DNA from: an uncultured candidate division Zixibacteria bacterium
GTDB lineage: Bacteria > Zixibacteria > MSB-5A5 > GN15 > PGXB01
Direction: 5' to 3'
NCBI GenBank assembly: GCA_963702205.1
Contig: OY969724.1
Coordinates: 1,760,001-1,824,000 of the forward strand
DNA length: 64,000 bases
How positions within the stretch are numbered: the first letter of the stretch is position 1; every line of letters begins with the position of its first letter. Under the pieces are notes generated by a model. That model searched no databases. It was not told where the DNA came from and saw only the letters and a program-made list of their open reading frames with translations. A program made the translations under genes and the position numbers. Below, piece by piece: positions 28,758-38,655 of this stretch.

Positions 28758-28873
28758 ACCTCCTCCGTTTATCAGTAAGGATGTATAAACTAATATTTGA
28801 ACACGGGTTGCCATTAAGTCATCGATATTGTATTTTGGCATCCTGTAATACATATAAAAAGGATTTTGACGAT

Positions 28874-31210
28874 ATGAAAAAAGCGATCTTGTTCTTTCTG
28901 TTGCCAATATTTATTTTTTTAAGCCTTACCGCTCAGGCCGAGAAGAAAACACTGCATTTCGCGTATTTCGAGGCCGGGGACTATTATCTGAACAAGGCCT
29001 TTTCCCGCGAATTCAAAGACCAACTGAATCTAATTAAGCCGGACAGCATTGAAATCGTTTTCGAACCCTACGGCTATACCACTGCCGAATGGGACCGCCA
29101 GCGCTGCAAAGTTATGGCCCGTGACCTGACCCGCATGAAAAAAATCGACATGGTTCTCGCGGTCGGGCCCTGGGTGGTCGAGGATCTTATCGCCGCCGGG
29201 TTCGACAAGCCCATAATCGCCCTTAATCAATATGCCGTCTGGGAGCGGGGACTGGTCGACCGTTCCGGGCGACCGGTCGCCGACAATCTGACCATCAACG
29301 TGCAGCCCCTCCAGATCGACAATGACCTGAAACTTCTGGGGAAGCTGTTTTCCCCCAAAAAGATTGGACTGTTTTATTTTCCGTCGGGGGATGAGTACGA
29401 AAAAGTCAAAAGCCGGGCGGAGCAGGTCGCCGCGCAATTCGGGGCGAAAATTGTCGCGCCTTTCGATACGGCCGCCAACGGCAATTTCAGTCATTTCGGG
29501 GCGTATTCGAGAGTAGTCCATGAGATCGATGCTTTGTATCTGCCTCCGATGTACAGCATGCAGCTCGACCAGATGAACCAGTTCGTGGAAAACTGCCGTT
29601 ACGACCGCGTTCCGACCCTTACTTCCGAGGGGCTTTTGATTGTCGAAAAGGGGATCACCGCTTCCCGTCAGCAGCGTTCTTATGTGCAACTGGCGCGTTT
29701 CGCGGCATACAAGACGCTTCGAATTATCGACGGAGCCATCCCCGCCGATTTGCCGACAATCTATCAGCCACCGGAGCAGCTCTGCCTTAATGAGGAGACC
29801 TTGAACCGGCTGAATCTAGATTTGCCTCGTAAGTTCACGAAAAATGCCTATATCGTCGCCGCTCCGCCGTCGGATACGCTGACCGTTTATTCACTCTCGC
29901 AGGCAATCGATCAGGTCCTGCAGAATAATTTCGGCCATCAGGCGCTGTTAAGGCAATTCGACCAGGCCGCCGCGTCTGCAAAGCAGGCTTACAGTCAGTA
30001 CATGCCGGATTTGGAGATAAATGCCGGTCTGGCTGCTGCCGATGAAAAACATCCGGCCGCGCTTTACAACCCGATTTTGAACCGGAAATCTTACGCCGGG
30101 GTGAATTTCGACCAGCCGCTGTTTTCGTACTCGGCCTTGAAGTCGATAGCCGCCGCGAAGAAGAATGTCGAACTGGCCGGCCTTAATGCCGAAAAGGAAA
30201 AGCTGAATCTTAAGCAAGCGGTAGTGTCGGCCTATCTGGCCGTTTTGGCCAGTGAAGATAAGTACAAGCAGCTCGACGAAATGACGAATATCGTTCGGAG
30301 ATATCGCGATAACGCCGGTCTCGATAATTTTGTGTCGAAGAAAGACACCACCGACGTCGAGTTTTTCGATGCCTATTTTATCGACCTTAAATTGCAGTCC
30401 CGCCGGGCCCGGGCCGATCGCGACGTCGCAAGGATATTGTTGAGTCATCTGTTGAACCGACCGGATCAGACAAATATGATTCTGGACCGGAAAGAATTCG
30501 ACACCGACGTGATGGTGCAGATTGCCTATAAGTACGACAGCTATATCGCTGATACTCGAATGCGCCGGGCTTTAGGCAATTATTTTGTCGATGCCGCCGT
30601 CAATAATTCTATCGGTATCAAGCAATACGCTCTTCGGATAGATTCCAACAAGGACCTTCTCGCCGCCAACAAAGGCTGGTATTGGCCGGATATTTCGCTC
30701 CGGGCCGGGTTATCGGTCGGAGAGCAGTTCTATTATGACCCCGAAGACCCCCATACGATTGCATCGGTGGGGGGACTGCTGAGCTGGCCGTTGCAGCTTT
30801 GGGGAAGGAATCGCGGTGAAGGCCGCATCCTGCACTATGGGCTGGAATCGCTTCAGTATGCCAAAGACAGCCTGCGCCTGGCCAAAGCTACCGATGTCAC
30901 CACAAAATTGCAGGCCTTTCTTGCTTATCTGGATATTCTGCCGTCGGTGTATGATTATCGCCGGACATTAAAGACCGGCCTCGATGATTATTATATGCAC
31001 TATTCGGAGGGGAAAATATCGGCCTTCGATATGACCCAGGTTCTCGATAAGTACATTCCTTCCGAAGTCGGGACGGTGGAGAGCATGTATGACTTTTATC
31101 AGGCTTATAACGATCTTCTGGGCGCCGCCGGAACCGGGTATCTTATCCACGGTTCCGACAGTGAAAAGGAGTTCTATCTCGGCCTCGAAAAATCTCTCGG
31201 ACTGAGATAA
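28874..31210 (+). CDS. Fusion of an ABC-type substrate-binding-like domain and a TolC/OEP outer-membrane efflux domain
   Basis: Signal peptide from ATG 28874. The N-half (KKIGLFY, IDALY, RIIDGAIPADLP, LCLN) resembles ABC_sub_bind. The C-half (SLSQAIDQVLQNN, YMPDL, DQPLF, YWPDISL) is OEP-like. Confidence 0.7.
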   Translation: MKKAILFFLLPIFIFLSLTAQAEKKTLHFAYFEAGDYYLNKAFSREFKDQLNLIKPDSIEIVFEPYGYTTAEWDRQRCKVMARDLTRMKKIDMVLAVGPWVVEDLIAAGFDKPIIALNQYAVWERGLVDRSGRPVADNLTINVQPLQIDNDLKLLGKLFSPKKIGLFYFPSGDEYEKVKSRAEQVAAQFGAKIVAPFDTAANGNFSHFGAYSRVVHEIDALYLPPMYSMQLDQMNQFVENCRYDRVPTLTSEGLLIVEKGITASRQQRSYVQLARFAAYKTLRIIDGAIPADLPTIYQPPEQLCLNEETLNRLNLDLPRKFTKNAYIVAAPPSDTLTVYSLSQAIDQVLQNNFGHQALLRQFDQAAASAKQAYSQYMPDLEINAGLAAADEKHPAALYNPILNRKSYAGVNFDQPLFSYSALKSIAAAKKNVELAGLNAEKEKLNLKQAVVSAYLAVLASEDKYKQLDEMTNIVRRYRDNAGLDNFVSKKDTTDVEFFDAYFIDLKLQSRRARADRDVARILLSHLLNRPDQTNMILDRKEFDTDVMVQIAYKYDSYIADTRMRRALGNYFVDAAVNNSIGIKQYALRIDSNKDLLAANKGWYWPDISLRAGLSVGEQFYYDPEDPHTIASVGGLLSWPLQLWGRNRGEGRILHYGLESLQYAKDSLRLAKATDVTTKLQAFLAYLDILPSVYDYRRTLKTGLDDYYMHYSEGKISAFDMTQVLDKYIPSEVGTVESMYDFYQAYNDLLGAAGTGYLIHGSDSEKEFYLGLEKSLGLR

Positions 31211-31213
31211 ATT

Positions 31214-32641
31214 CTATTGCCAGTGCGTCTTGACGTTTATGAACAGCGTCTTGCTGTCGCGCCAGACGAAAAAGACAACCTCTTTCGGTTTTTCCTCGGC
31301 GATTTTTTCCAGTTGCGCCCTGGCTTCTTCGACGTTGCCGACTTTCTGTGAGCCGATCGATTGAATGATGTCGTTCGGCTGCATCCCGCCGACTTCGGCC
31401 CAACTGCCCGACTCGACTTCCTTGACGACTACGCCTTTAAACGTCTGCCGGTCGAGATTATAAATATTGTAATCGGCGAAAACCATGTCCCGGATTTTGA
31501 TATTGAAATTGTCGTCGCCGTATTCCGGTGCCTCGGAGGGCGTCAGGGGCGAACTGGCCAGCGTCGTTTTGACATCCAGCGTGTCGACCTTGCCGTCCTC
31601 GCGTCTCAGGATGGTGAAGTCGACCTTAGTTCCGGCGCCGGACTCGGAAATTTTGCGCTGGAAAAGAGCCAGATTTTCCTCGCGGTCCACCATAATGTCT
31701 TCGCCGATAAGCTTGACAATGATATCGCCGGTCGTAAGGCCCGCTGAATCGGCCGGTGAGTCTTTGACGACCTCGTTTATAATTATCCCACCCGATAGCT
31801 TGAGTCCCCAAAATTCAGCAATGTCCGGCGTAAGAGCCTGCAGGTATATTCCGAGCCAGCCCCGATCGACTTTACCTTTGGTCGGAGGATCGGCAATGAG
31901 CTTGTTAAGTTTGTCGGTGCCGATCAGTCCCAAAAGCGGCATGAAGTCTTCGACTCTCGAAAAGGATTCCATCATCTGGGCCGGGCTCAGTCCGGCGTTG
32001 GCCGGATTCTGAAGACGCCCCAATATCCCGATGGCTTCGCCGGTGGAGTCGTACAAGACCGACCCGATTTCCAGGTCGTTATAGCCGACCATGAGGACGA
32101 ACTTTTCCGGCTCGGATACTATGGCCGAAACCATACCGATATCACCGGCCAGCGACGGCTTGACGTAGTCGGGCAACAGCGCGAATACGGCCGTCCAGTC
32201 GCCCATGTTCAGCGCTTTGCGGGATTTGAACGTCAGATAGTCGAATTTGCTTTTCGTATCCGATTGGATGCGGCAGAAACCGAGGTGGGTGAAGCGATCG
32301 ATACCGATGAATTCTCCGGTATAGATTTTGCCGTCCATCTTCTTGATCTCGATATTTTTTGGCTCGGCGTCCACGTTGAGTCCGGCCACCTGCGAAAACG
32401 GATCGTCGCTGTCGATGGTCGAACCGTCGAAAACGATCAGGCCGTCTTCGGTCACGATCGTACCTATTCCTCGGAATTTGATGTCGGTCGACTCCACGCC
32501 AAAAGAAACTTCGATAGTGATATTCAGTGCAACCGTATAGTCATCGGCTTTCTTCATTATTTTCCCGAAATCGAAACTCTGGGCCGCCAATAGCGGGGCC
32601 AGGGCCAGGGCGAGTATTATGGTGAAAACAACCTTTCTCAC
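31214..32641 (-). CDS. HtrA/DegP-like protein with two PDZ domains and a degenerate catalytic triad
   Basis: RGWLGIYLQ and two PDZ domains are present. No TNxHV or GNSGG; the equivalent positions read VFDGS and LEIGS. Confidence 0.75.
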   Translation of the reverse strand: MRKVVFTIILALALAPLLAAQSFDFGKIMKKADDYTVALNITIEVSFGVESTDIKFRGIGTIVTEDGLIVFDGSTIDSDDPFSQVAGLNVDAEPKNIEIKKMDGKIYTGEFIGIDRFTHLGFCRIQSDTKSKFDYLTFKSRKALNMGDWTAVFALLPDYVKPSLAGDIGMVSAIVSEPEKFVLMVGYNDLEIGSVLYDSTGEAIGILGRLQNPANAGLSPAQMMESFSRVEDFMPLLGLIGTDKLNKLIADPPTKGKVDRGWLGIYLQALTPDIAEFWGLKLSGGIIINEVVKDSPADSAGLTTGDIIVKLIGEDIMVDREENLALFQRKISESGAGTKVDFTILRREDGKVDTLDVKTTLASSPLTPSEAPEYGDDNFNIKIRDMVFADYNIYNLDRQTFKGVVVKEVESGSWAEVGGMQPNDIIQSIGSQKVGNVEEARAQLEKIAEEKPKEVVFFVWRDSKTLFINVKTHWQ

Positions 32642-32653
32642 GTCGATCTCCTT

Positions 32654-34033
32654 CTAACGCTCATCGGTTTGATCCGTCTCTTTGTTTATTTTCAAAAGGA
32701 CATATTTGACATTGCCGAATCTCTTGACGGTCAGCAGGACTTTGTCGGCCGGGACGGCGATCAATTCGTTGTACTTGTCATAGAAATCCTTGAACACGGG
32801 AGTCGGGATTTCATTTATATCCCGAATCACGTCGCCGCGCCGGAGACCGCCTTCGGCGCCCGGTCCGACTCTCTTTACGCCGGTAACCAGCACCCCGAGG
32901 GTATCGTCAAGCTGGTTTTCGACCGCCATCTGCTTGGTGATGGCTTTGACCGTGAAGCCCCAGTCGTCGCAGGCCAAATCCTTGCCCATCAAATCGCCCA
33001 GCCCACGGGTGGTAACTTCGATATAAACAATTTTTTCGGCCCGCTGTACTTCGAGATCGAGCTTCGTTCCGACCGGGAAATCGGCTATCATTTTATAAAA
33101 ATGCGGCAGTTGCTCTTCAAAGCGAGCCGACACATCCGTGCCGTTGATTTTCAGTATGACGTCACCGGCTTGAAGTCCGGCCGTCTCGGCCGGGGAATGT
33201 GTGTCAACCGATGACACCAGGACGCCCCGGTCGCGATCGGTCCCGAACCAGCCTTCCATGTCCTGCATAGCCTGGGCCTGAATCCCGATCCAGCTCCGAG
33301 TGACTTTGCCGTGGTCGAGAATTTGCTCAATGGTCTGTTTGACGATATTTATCGGAATCGCGAAGCCGATATTATTGGCGAATATTGTCGCCCGGGAGTT
33401 TATCCCGACCACCTGTCCTTCGAGATCGACCAGCGGTCCGCCCGAATTGCCGGGGTTGATGGCGGCGTCGGTTTGAATCCACGTGTTGTACCGTCCCGTC
33501 TTTTCGCCCGACGGCAACCGCGCTTCATCGCTGAAATAACGGTCGGTGGTTGAAATGACACCGCACGATACCGAGCGTGACAGGGCCAGGGGAGAACCCA
33601 TCGCGAGGACGTACTGCCCCACCTGCAGGGAATCGGAATTGCCGAGCGCCGCGACCGCCAGTTTACCGCCGTAATCCGACAGGTCCAGCTTGATAATCGC
33701 GATATCCGTCAGGGGATCACCGCCGATCAGGTCGGCTTTGACCTGTTCCCGGTCGTACAACGTGCATATGATTCGTTCGGCCTTACCGGCCACGTGATAA
33801 TTGGTTACGACATATCCCGAATCGTGAAATATTACACCCGAACCGACCACCGATTGCTTGATTTCGCGGCCCGTGCGGTAATCGGTTATTACCGGCTGTA
33901 TGTGCACCAAAGCCGGCAGAACACGATCGCGGGCGAAATAAATATCGGACTGTAAATTCGACGTGCCGGTGGCACTTACAGAACCCCATATTGTTATCAG
34001 ACCGATCAGAAGTATCAGAGCTTTTTTCATCAA
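32654..34033 (-). CDS. HtrA/DegP-family serine protease with two PDZ domains
   Basis: GSG, TNYHV, TDIA, IQTDAAINPGNSGGPL, two PDZ domains. Confidence 0.92.
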   Translation of the reverse strand: MMKKALILLIGLITIWGSVSATGTSNLQSDIYFARDRVLPALVHIQPVITDYRTGREIKQSVVGSGVIFHDSGYVVTNYHVAGKAERIICTLYDREQVKADLIGGDPLTDIAIIKLDLSDYGGKLAVAALGNSDSLQVGQYVLAMGSPLALSRSVSCGVISTTDRYFSDEARLPSGEKTGRYNTWIQTDAAINPGNSGGPLVDLEGQVVGINSRATIFANNIGFAIPINIVKQTIEQILDHGKVTRSWIGIQAQAMQDMEGWFGTDRDRGVLVSSVDTHSPAETAGLQAGDVILKINGTDVSARFEEQLPHFYKMIADFPVGTKLDLEVQRAEKIVYIEVTTRGLGDLMGKDLACDDWGFTVKAITKQMAVENQLDDTLGVLVTGVKRVGPGAEGGLRRGDVIRDINEIPTPVFKDFYDKYNELIAVPADKVLLTVKRFGNVKYVLLKINKETDQTDER

Positions 34034-34173
34034 ATTGTCTCCACTGCATTATTCTTGGTATCGCAGAATAAAAAGGTTTAAGCCCTCAAACAAGTATTTA
34101 CTTAAACCAAAATCGCTTCTGTTTGTTCGTGTCGGATGGATTGATATACGAATTAAGAGATAAATCGGGAATT

Positions 34174-35448
34174 TCAACCGTCACTTTTTAGCGGCGGGGG
34201 CGTCGGGGGAGGAGGAGCCGGACGCATGGACGCCCAGTCCTGATTGATCCTTTGAAGCAGTATCTTGCGGCAGTCACGATTTCCGAAGCGGGTCATGAAG
34301 ACGGCTCCGATTCCGGCCGTAATTCCGATGGACCAGACAATGATCGAAATGACATTGAAGAAAGTGGCAAATCCGTCAAAAAATGGCGAGCCCATCATTT
34401 GAAGAAAACCAGCCAGAAGCCAGGGCATTGAATAAATAATCAGACCGATCAACGCCGCCAAAAGCTGAGTGCCTTTGCTGTCGACTTTGATTCGTCCGAA
34501 TGTCCCGCCGATCAGCTGACTGAATCCGATGACACCCATCAAAAACGCACCCGCCAGGGCCAGCGGAATGACTATGACCCCGACCGGTATCCCGATTATG
34601 GTCAGACACAACAAAGCTATCACCGGCCCGATCAAAATCCAGACCAGGAGTCCGGTGAAGAATGATTTGACAAAGCACGTCCGCAGGCACGTTTTGATGC
34701 GGTCGATCGGTCTCGGCGCCACCGTAACCAGGATCAGAGTGCAGAACAATAGTGAACAGAGAATTATCGTATTAACTATCAGTTGCGTATTCGATGATTT
34801 GCTGAACAATGAAATTCCCGGGAGCTCCGGAATATCGGTCTCACTGCGGTCACCGTAAATTCGTCCGCCGCGCATCTTGATTATCTGAGGGGCCCGGGCG
34901 TCACCGAGAATTTTGCCCTCGTCCGATATCGTAATCTTGGAATACGACGTGACGTTTCCGGTGACGGTGCCCTCCACCGTAACCGGCCCCATCGCGGTAA
35001 TCGATCCTTTGACCTTTTCATCGGACCGGACGTGGACCGAACCTACGATCAAACCGTTGTACGTCGTTACCGTCACTTCCGAATCGGGAATTTCTCCGCC
35101 CTGCGGGCCTAGCGTTACTTTGGTATCAGACTGTCCTCGATTGCTTCCGAATACAGTTACTGTCGAAGTCTTTCCTTTTTCTTTGGTTACGAATGTATCG
35201 CGGCTGAAATCATAATCCCATTCGTTCCCGGCTGAATCCAGCCCGTAAACGCCGTCGGGAGAAAGGTGCATCTCCGTCATAAACGGTTTGTCACCGGGCA
35301 CGTCGGGGGTCTGCGGTGGATTCAGGATTACGGTCTGTCCCGAATCGGTGATGACAATCCTGGTTTCGGTGGCCGCCCCCGCCAAACTCGCCAGTACGGC
35401 CGCCGCTGCAAAACCAATAATCGAATATTTCGATAATAACCGTATCAT
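34174..35448 (-). CDS. Membrane protein with a bactofilin-like (polymer-forming) beta-helix and a C-terminal multi-TM domain
   Basis: Signal peptide, VKGSITAMGPVTVEGTVTGNV repeats, LTIIGIP TM motif, Pro-rich tail. Confidence 0.65.
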   Translation of the reverse strand: MIRLLSKYSIIGFAAAAVLASLAGAATETRIVITDSGQTVILNPPQTPDVPGDKPFMTEMHLSPDGVYGLDSAGNEWDYDFSRDTFVTKEKGKTSTVTVFGSNRGQSDTKVTLGPQGGEIPDSEVTVTTYNGLIVGSVHVRSDEKVKGSITAMGPVTVEGTVTGNVTSYSKITISDEGKILGDARAPQIIKMRGGRIYGDRSETDIPELPGISLFSKSSNTQLIVNTIILCSLLFCTLILVTVAPRPIDRIKTCLRTCFVKSFFTGLLVWILIGPVIALLCLTIIGIPVGVIVIPLALAGAFLMGVIGFSQLIGGTFGRIKVDSKGTQLLAALIGLIIYSMPWLLAGFLQMMGSPFFDGFATFFNVISIIVWSIGITAGIGAVFMTRFGNRDCRKILLQRINQDWASMRPAPPPPTPPPLKSDG

Positions 35449-35451
35449 AAG

Positions 35452-36513
35452 CTAATAAAGCCCGATCTTAATGTCGCCGGAAACGGTAGTCAGCGTGATT
35501 TTGGGACCCGAAGTGCCGAAGTCACCGACCAGCTTGTTTTTCGCAAACGAGCGAATAGTCAGCGGTAGCTCGGTGTTGATCCCGCCGCTTTCCGTCTCCA
35601 GTTTGACCGATCCCGAGGCCAGTTCGGGAACGCTGAAAACGATGTTGCCCTTGCCGGTCGAGACAAAATAGCCCCGGTCGGATTCCAACGATGATGAAAC
35701 ATCGACGTCCCCGTTGTGAGTCGTGATATCTATCCCGCCCGTTTCCTGCGCCACTTTTATGGTTCCGGATGTACCCTGAACCTTGATATCTCCCGTCAGC
35801 TGCGAAATGTCGACCGAGCCCGACGTGCTGGTGATATCGACCGGTCCGTCGACCTGGCTGCCATTGATTTTCCCCGACGTCGATTTTATCTCGATACGGC
35901 CGGTAACCGACTGGAAGTCAATGTCCGATCCCGATGAGATTACGTTTACGTCGCCCATTATTCCCGACAGGTCAATTTTTGCCGAAATCGTTTCCATGAA
36001 AATCGGACCTTTGATATTGGTGAAAGTCATCTGTCCGTCTGAATTCAGAGCGTTGATTTCGTTCTCGACGTCACTTATTTTGACATCACCTTGGGGATTG
36101 TCGACGTTTACCTCGCAATTGTACGGAACACTTATCTTGAACTCGACCGAGCCCCAGATGTCTTTGCCCCGGCCCAGAAGCCGGTCCCAGAAAGATTGAT
36201 TGTCTTTTGAGTTTTTGTGATAGATGGTTTCGATGGACAAATGGTCGCCGCTTTTGGTAACCTTTATTTCGATATATTCGGCCATCTTTTCGGCTTCGTA
36301 CTGATCGGCGGCCTTGATATTTTTCACGGCGGTCACTTCAATATCGGGAATCGGTGCGCCTTTTATTTCCACCGAGCCGATTTTATTGCTCAATATAAGC
36401 TGGGGATGTTCACCGATATTTATTTTTTTCTCATAGTCGAACTGGAACGTATCGGCAATTGACGATACGCTCAACAGCATTACGAATAGATATGAGAACA
36501 AAACGCACTTCAT
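35452..36513 (-). CDS. DUF4097 / adhesin-like beta-strand repeat protein
   Basis: Signal peptide and repeated T-x-SG-x-I units (STSGKI, STSGSV, TVSGDI). Confidence 0.8.
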   Translation of the reverse strand: MKCVLFSYLFVMLLSVSSIADTFQFDYEKKINIGEHPQLILSNKIGSVEIKGAPIPDIEVTAVKNIKAADQYEAEKMAEYIEIKVTKSGDHLSIETIYHKNSKDNQSFWDRLLGRGKDIWGSVEFKISVPYNCEVNVDNPQGDVKISDVENEINALNSDGQMTFTNIKGPIFMETISAKIDLSGIMGDVNVISSGSDIDFQSVTGRIEIKSTSGKINGSQVDGPVDITSTSGSVDISQLTGDIKVQGTSGTIKVAQETGGIDITTHNGDVDVSSSLESDRGYFVSTGKGNIVFSVPELASGSVKLETESGGINTELPLTIRSFAKNKLVGDFGTSGPKITLTTVSGDIKIGLY

Positions 36514-36532
36514 GAAACAAATCCCGCCGGTG

Positions 36533-37099
36533 TTAAAGCGGCCGTAATTTTTTCTTCAAAAGTTCCCGGGCGCGAAAAATCCTGGCCTTGACGGTGCCGA
36601 TCGGTATATCCAGAGCTTCGGCAATCTCGTCGTACGATTTATCGTCCTTATGCCTATAAACGATAACCAACCTGTATTTTTCGGGAAGAGAATCTATTGC
36701 CTCGTTTATGGACATACGCTTTTCACGTTCTTCTATTTCCTTTTCGGGGCTGTACGAATAATCGGGAATGTCGATGCCGCCCATTTCGTTGTCTGAGGAA
36801 CTGACCGGGGCGTCCAACGAAAGAGTCTTGAGCCGCTTTTTCCGCAAAAAGTCAATGGCGGCATTGGCTGCGATCCGATATAGCCAGGTCGAGAACTTGT
36901 ATTCGCTGCGATAGGTTGCCAGGGATGCAAAAGCCTTCATAAACGTCTCCTGGACCAGGTCCTCAACAGCCTCGCGGTCCCGGACGATTTTCAATATGAT
37001 ATGGTAGATCGCAGAGCGATGGCGCTCCATCAACTCCTTGTAAGCGCCCTGATTCCCGCCCAGCGCGCTTTCGATCAATAATTTATCCTTGTCCTGCAA
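36533..37099 (-). CDS. ECF sigma-70 factor, SigW/RpoE-like
   Basis: EDLVQETFMKA, FSTWLYRIAAN, SYDEIAEALDIPIGTVKARIFRAR. TTG start with an AGAGGAAGG RBS. Confidence 0.92.
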   Translation of the reverse strand: MQDKDKLLIESALGGNQGAYKELMERHRSAIYHIILKIVRDREAVEDLVQETFMKAFASLATYRSEYKFSTWLYRIAANAAIDFLRKKRLKTLSLDAPVSSSDNEMGGIDIPDYSYSPEKEIEEREKRMSINEAIDSLPEKYRLVIVYRHKDDKSYDEIAEALDIPIGTVKARIFRARELLKKKLRPL

Positions 37100-37117
37100 C
37101 CTTCCTCTAATGTTTAG

Positions 37118-37145
37118 TTTACGATTCCATCGGCAGGCGGTTTCA
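37118..37145 (-). promoter_or_regulatory. Candidate ECF (SigW-type) autoregulatory promoter
   Basis: Minus strand TGAAAC-N16-CGTAAA, ending 18 nt before the sigma start codon. Confidence 0.7.
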
Positions 37146-37158
37146 GTCGTTAGCTCGG

Positions 37159-37187
37159 ATTATATCAAATAACCCCTTAATTTACAA
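37159..37187 (-). promoter_or_regulatory. Candidate sigma70 promoter upstream of the ECF sigma gene
   Basis: Minus strand TTGTAA-N17-TATAAT with an extended -10 (TGa). Confidence 0.55.
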
Positions 37188-37256
37188 TAAAAAACGCCTC
37201 ACGGCTGCCGTGCCGAATTGCTCGATTTGGAGGCCGTTGGCCCCGTAAAACCCGCA

Positions 37257-38612
37257 TTACCGGGCTTTATATATAGTTACGGATGAATCCTGATATGCTT
37301 CCGGCAGTTTCGTCCTGAAGCCGGGGAAATATTCCTTTTCCAGAGGCCCGTAATAGACAAAATCCACTTCCAGCGGGATCTGGCCGCCCGACCACGCGTT
37401 TCTCGTGGCGTTATAGCGGCTTTGCCAATCCAACCCGAGATGAGCCAAATGCCCGATAAAGCCCATATAAACGGGCCGGTATTCCATGACAAAGGCCAGA
37501 TTGTCGGCGTCCGCCGTGAGGACGAGAAACGCATCGGTTTTCGACGTATTCCGGACAACCCAGTCTATGGCCGCGTCCTGACTGGTGTCGTAGCGTGGGT
37601 AATAATTTTTATGTCCCGAATAGTATTTTTCAAAACCTGAGTAAAGAAAGCCAGCAATCAGGATTATAAAGACGCAACGGCTCAACACTCTTATATATGG
37701 AATGTGCTCCTTCATGCGACCCTCGGCGACCGTCACGGCGCCGGCAAAGTACAGAATGAAGACCGGGAAAAAGGGGTTATAGTGTATCAGGCTGCCGAAC
37801 ACAACAGATACCCCGATTAGGATTCTCATGCGCTTATGAACGTAAATAGACGAAAGAACTATAATCGGCAGAGCGTGGAGGATTGTTTCGACCGGTCTGA
37901 AGGCAAAGGATTCCGTAAATATGAAATAGAACGGCTTTATGACCACCTCCGATGAAACCAATATTGCCGCCAGAAAGGTCGCAATGCCGGAGCTTGCAAG
38001 CATTATGATGTCATCACGCTTCTTTTCGACCAATACTGTTATCAAATAATAGGGTGCAATCATAAGCATTAGGTAGCCGTTGACAAAAGCGGCGACAAAT
38101 ATAGACAACGCCTTGATCCTGATATCCTTTGCGAACAGGGCCAGCGCAAAGAGAATAAAGAATGGCGCGTGTGTAAATCCGCGCGCTATCAAATCCACCC
38201 CGAGGGCATTAATGCCAGAAGCGAAAATTGAGGCGGAAAAAATAAGAATTAATGCCAAACCATATGTTTTCCGGAAATACTTCCTGAAGATAAGGCCCAT
38301 TAATATCAGGTAGATCACGTTCAATACCCTGATAGCATTGTACGGGTTCACTATTTTGGCAAGAACAGCCGCCGGATAATATTGCAAAAACGATTGAGTC
38401 AGCTTGACTCCGGCGAAGACCGGATTCTCGGGCGGGAAGTGGTTCGTTATGGTGTTGATGATCGACGCATAATACAGAAAATCGACATCAGCCGGTTTGT
38501 CGAAAACGAACCGGCTTAATTTTGCATCATAGGTTCCGATAAAAAACTGGCCGAGAATATAAACGCCGATCAAAGCGGCGAAAATAATTGATGTTTTTCT
38601 TTCCGGGTCCAT
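37257..38612 (-). CDS. Polytopic membrane protein, possible GT-C-fold transferase
   Basis: About 10 TM segments, D..YY...PPENPVFAG first loop, soluble C-terminal domain starting AIDWVVRNT. Confidence 0.5.
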   Translation of the reverse strand: MDPERKTSIIFAALIGVYILGQFFIGTYDAKLSRFVFDKPADVDFLYYASIINTITNHFPPENPVFAGVKLTQSFLQYYPAAVLAKIVNPYNAIRVLNVIYLILMGLIFRKYFRKTYGLALILIFSASIFASGINALGVDLIARGFTHAPFFILFALALFAKDIRIKALSIFVAAFVNGYLMLMIAPYYLITVLVEKKRDDIIMLASSGIATFLAAILVSSEVVIKPFYFIFTESFAFRPVETILHALPIIVLSSIYVHKRMRILIGVSVVFGSLIHYNPFFPVFILYFAGAVTVAEGRMKEHIPYIRVLSRCVFIILIAGFLYSGFEKYYSGHKNYYPRYDTSQDAAIDWVVRNTSKTDAFLVLTADADNLAFVMEYRPVYMGFIGHLAHLGLDWQSRYNATRNAWSGGQIPLEVDFVYYGPLEKEYFPGFRTKLPEAYQDSSVTIYKAR

Positions 38613-38655
38613 CCTTTGATAGTTAGTCTCAGACCCGAATAGAAATTAACAATCT

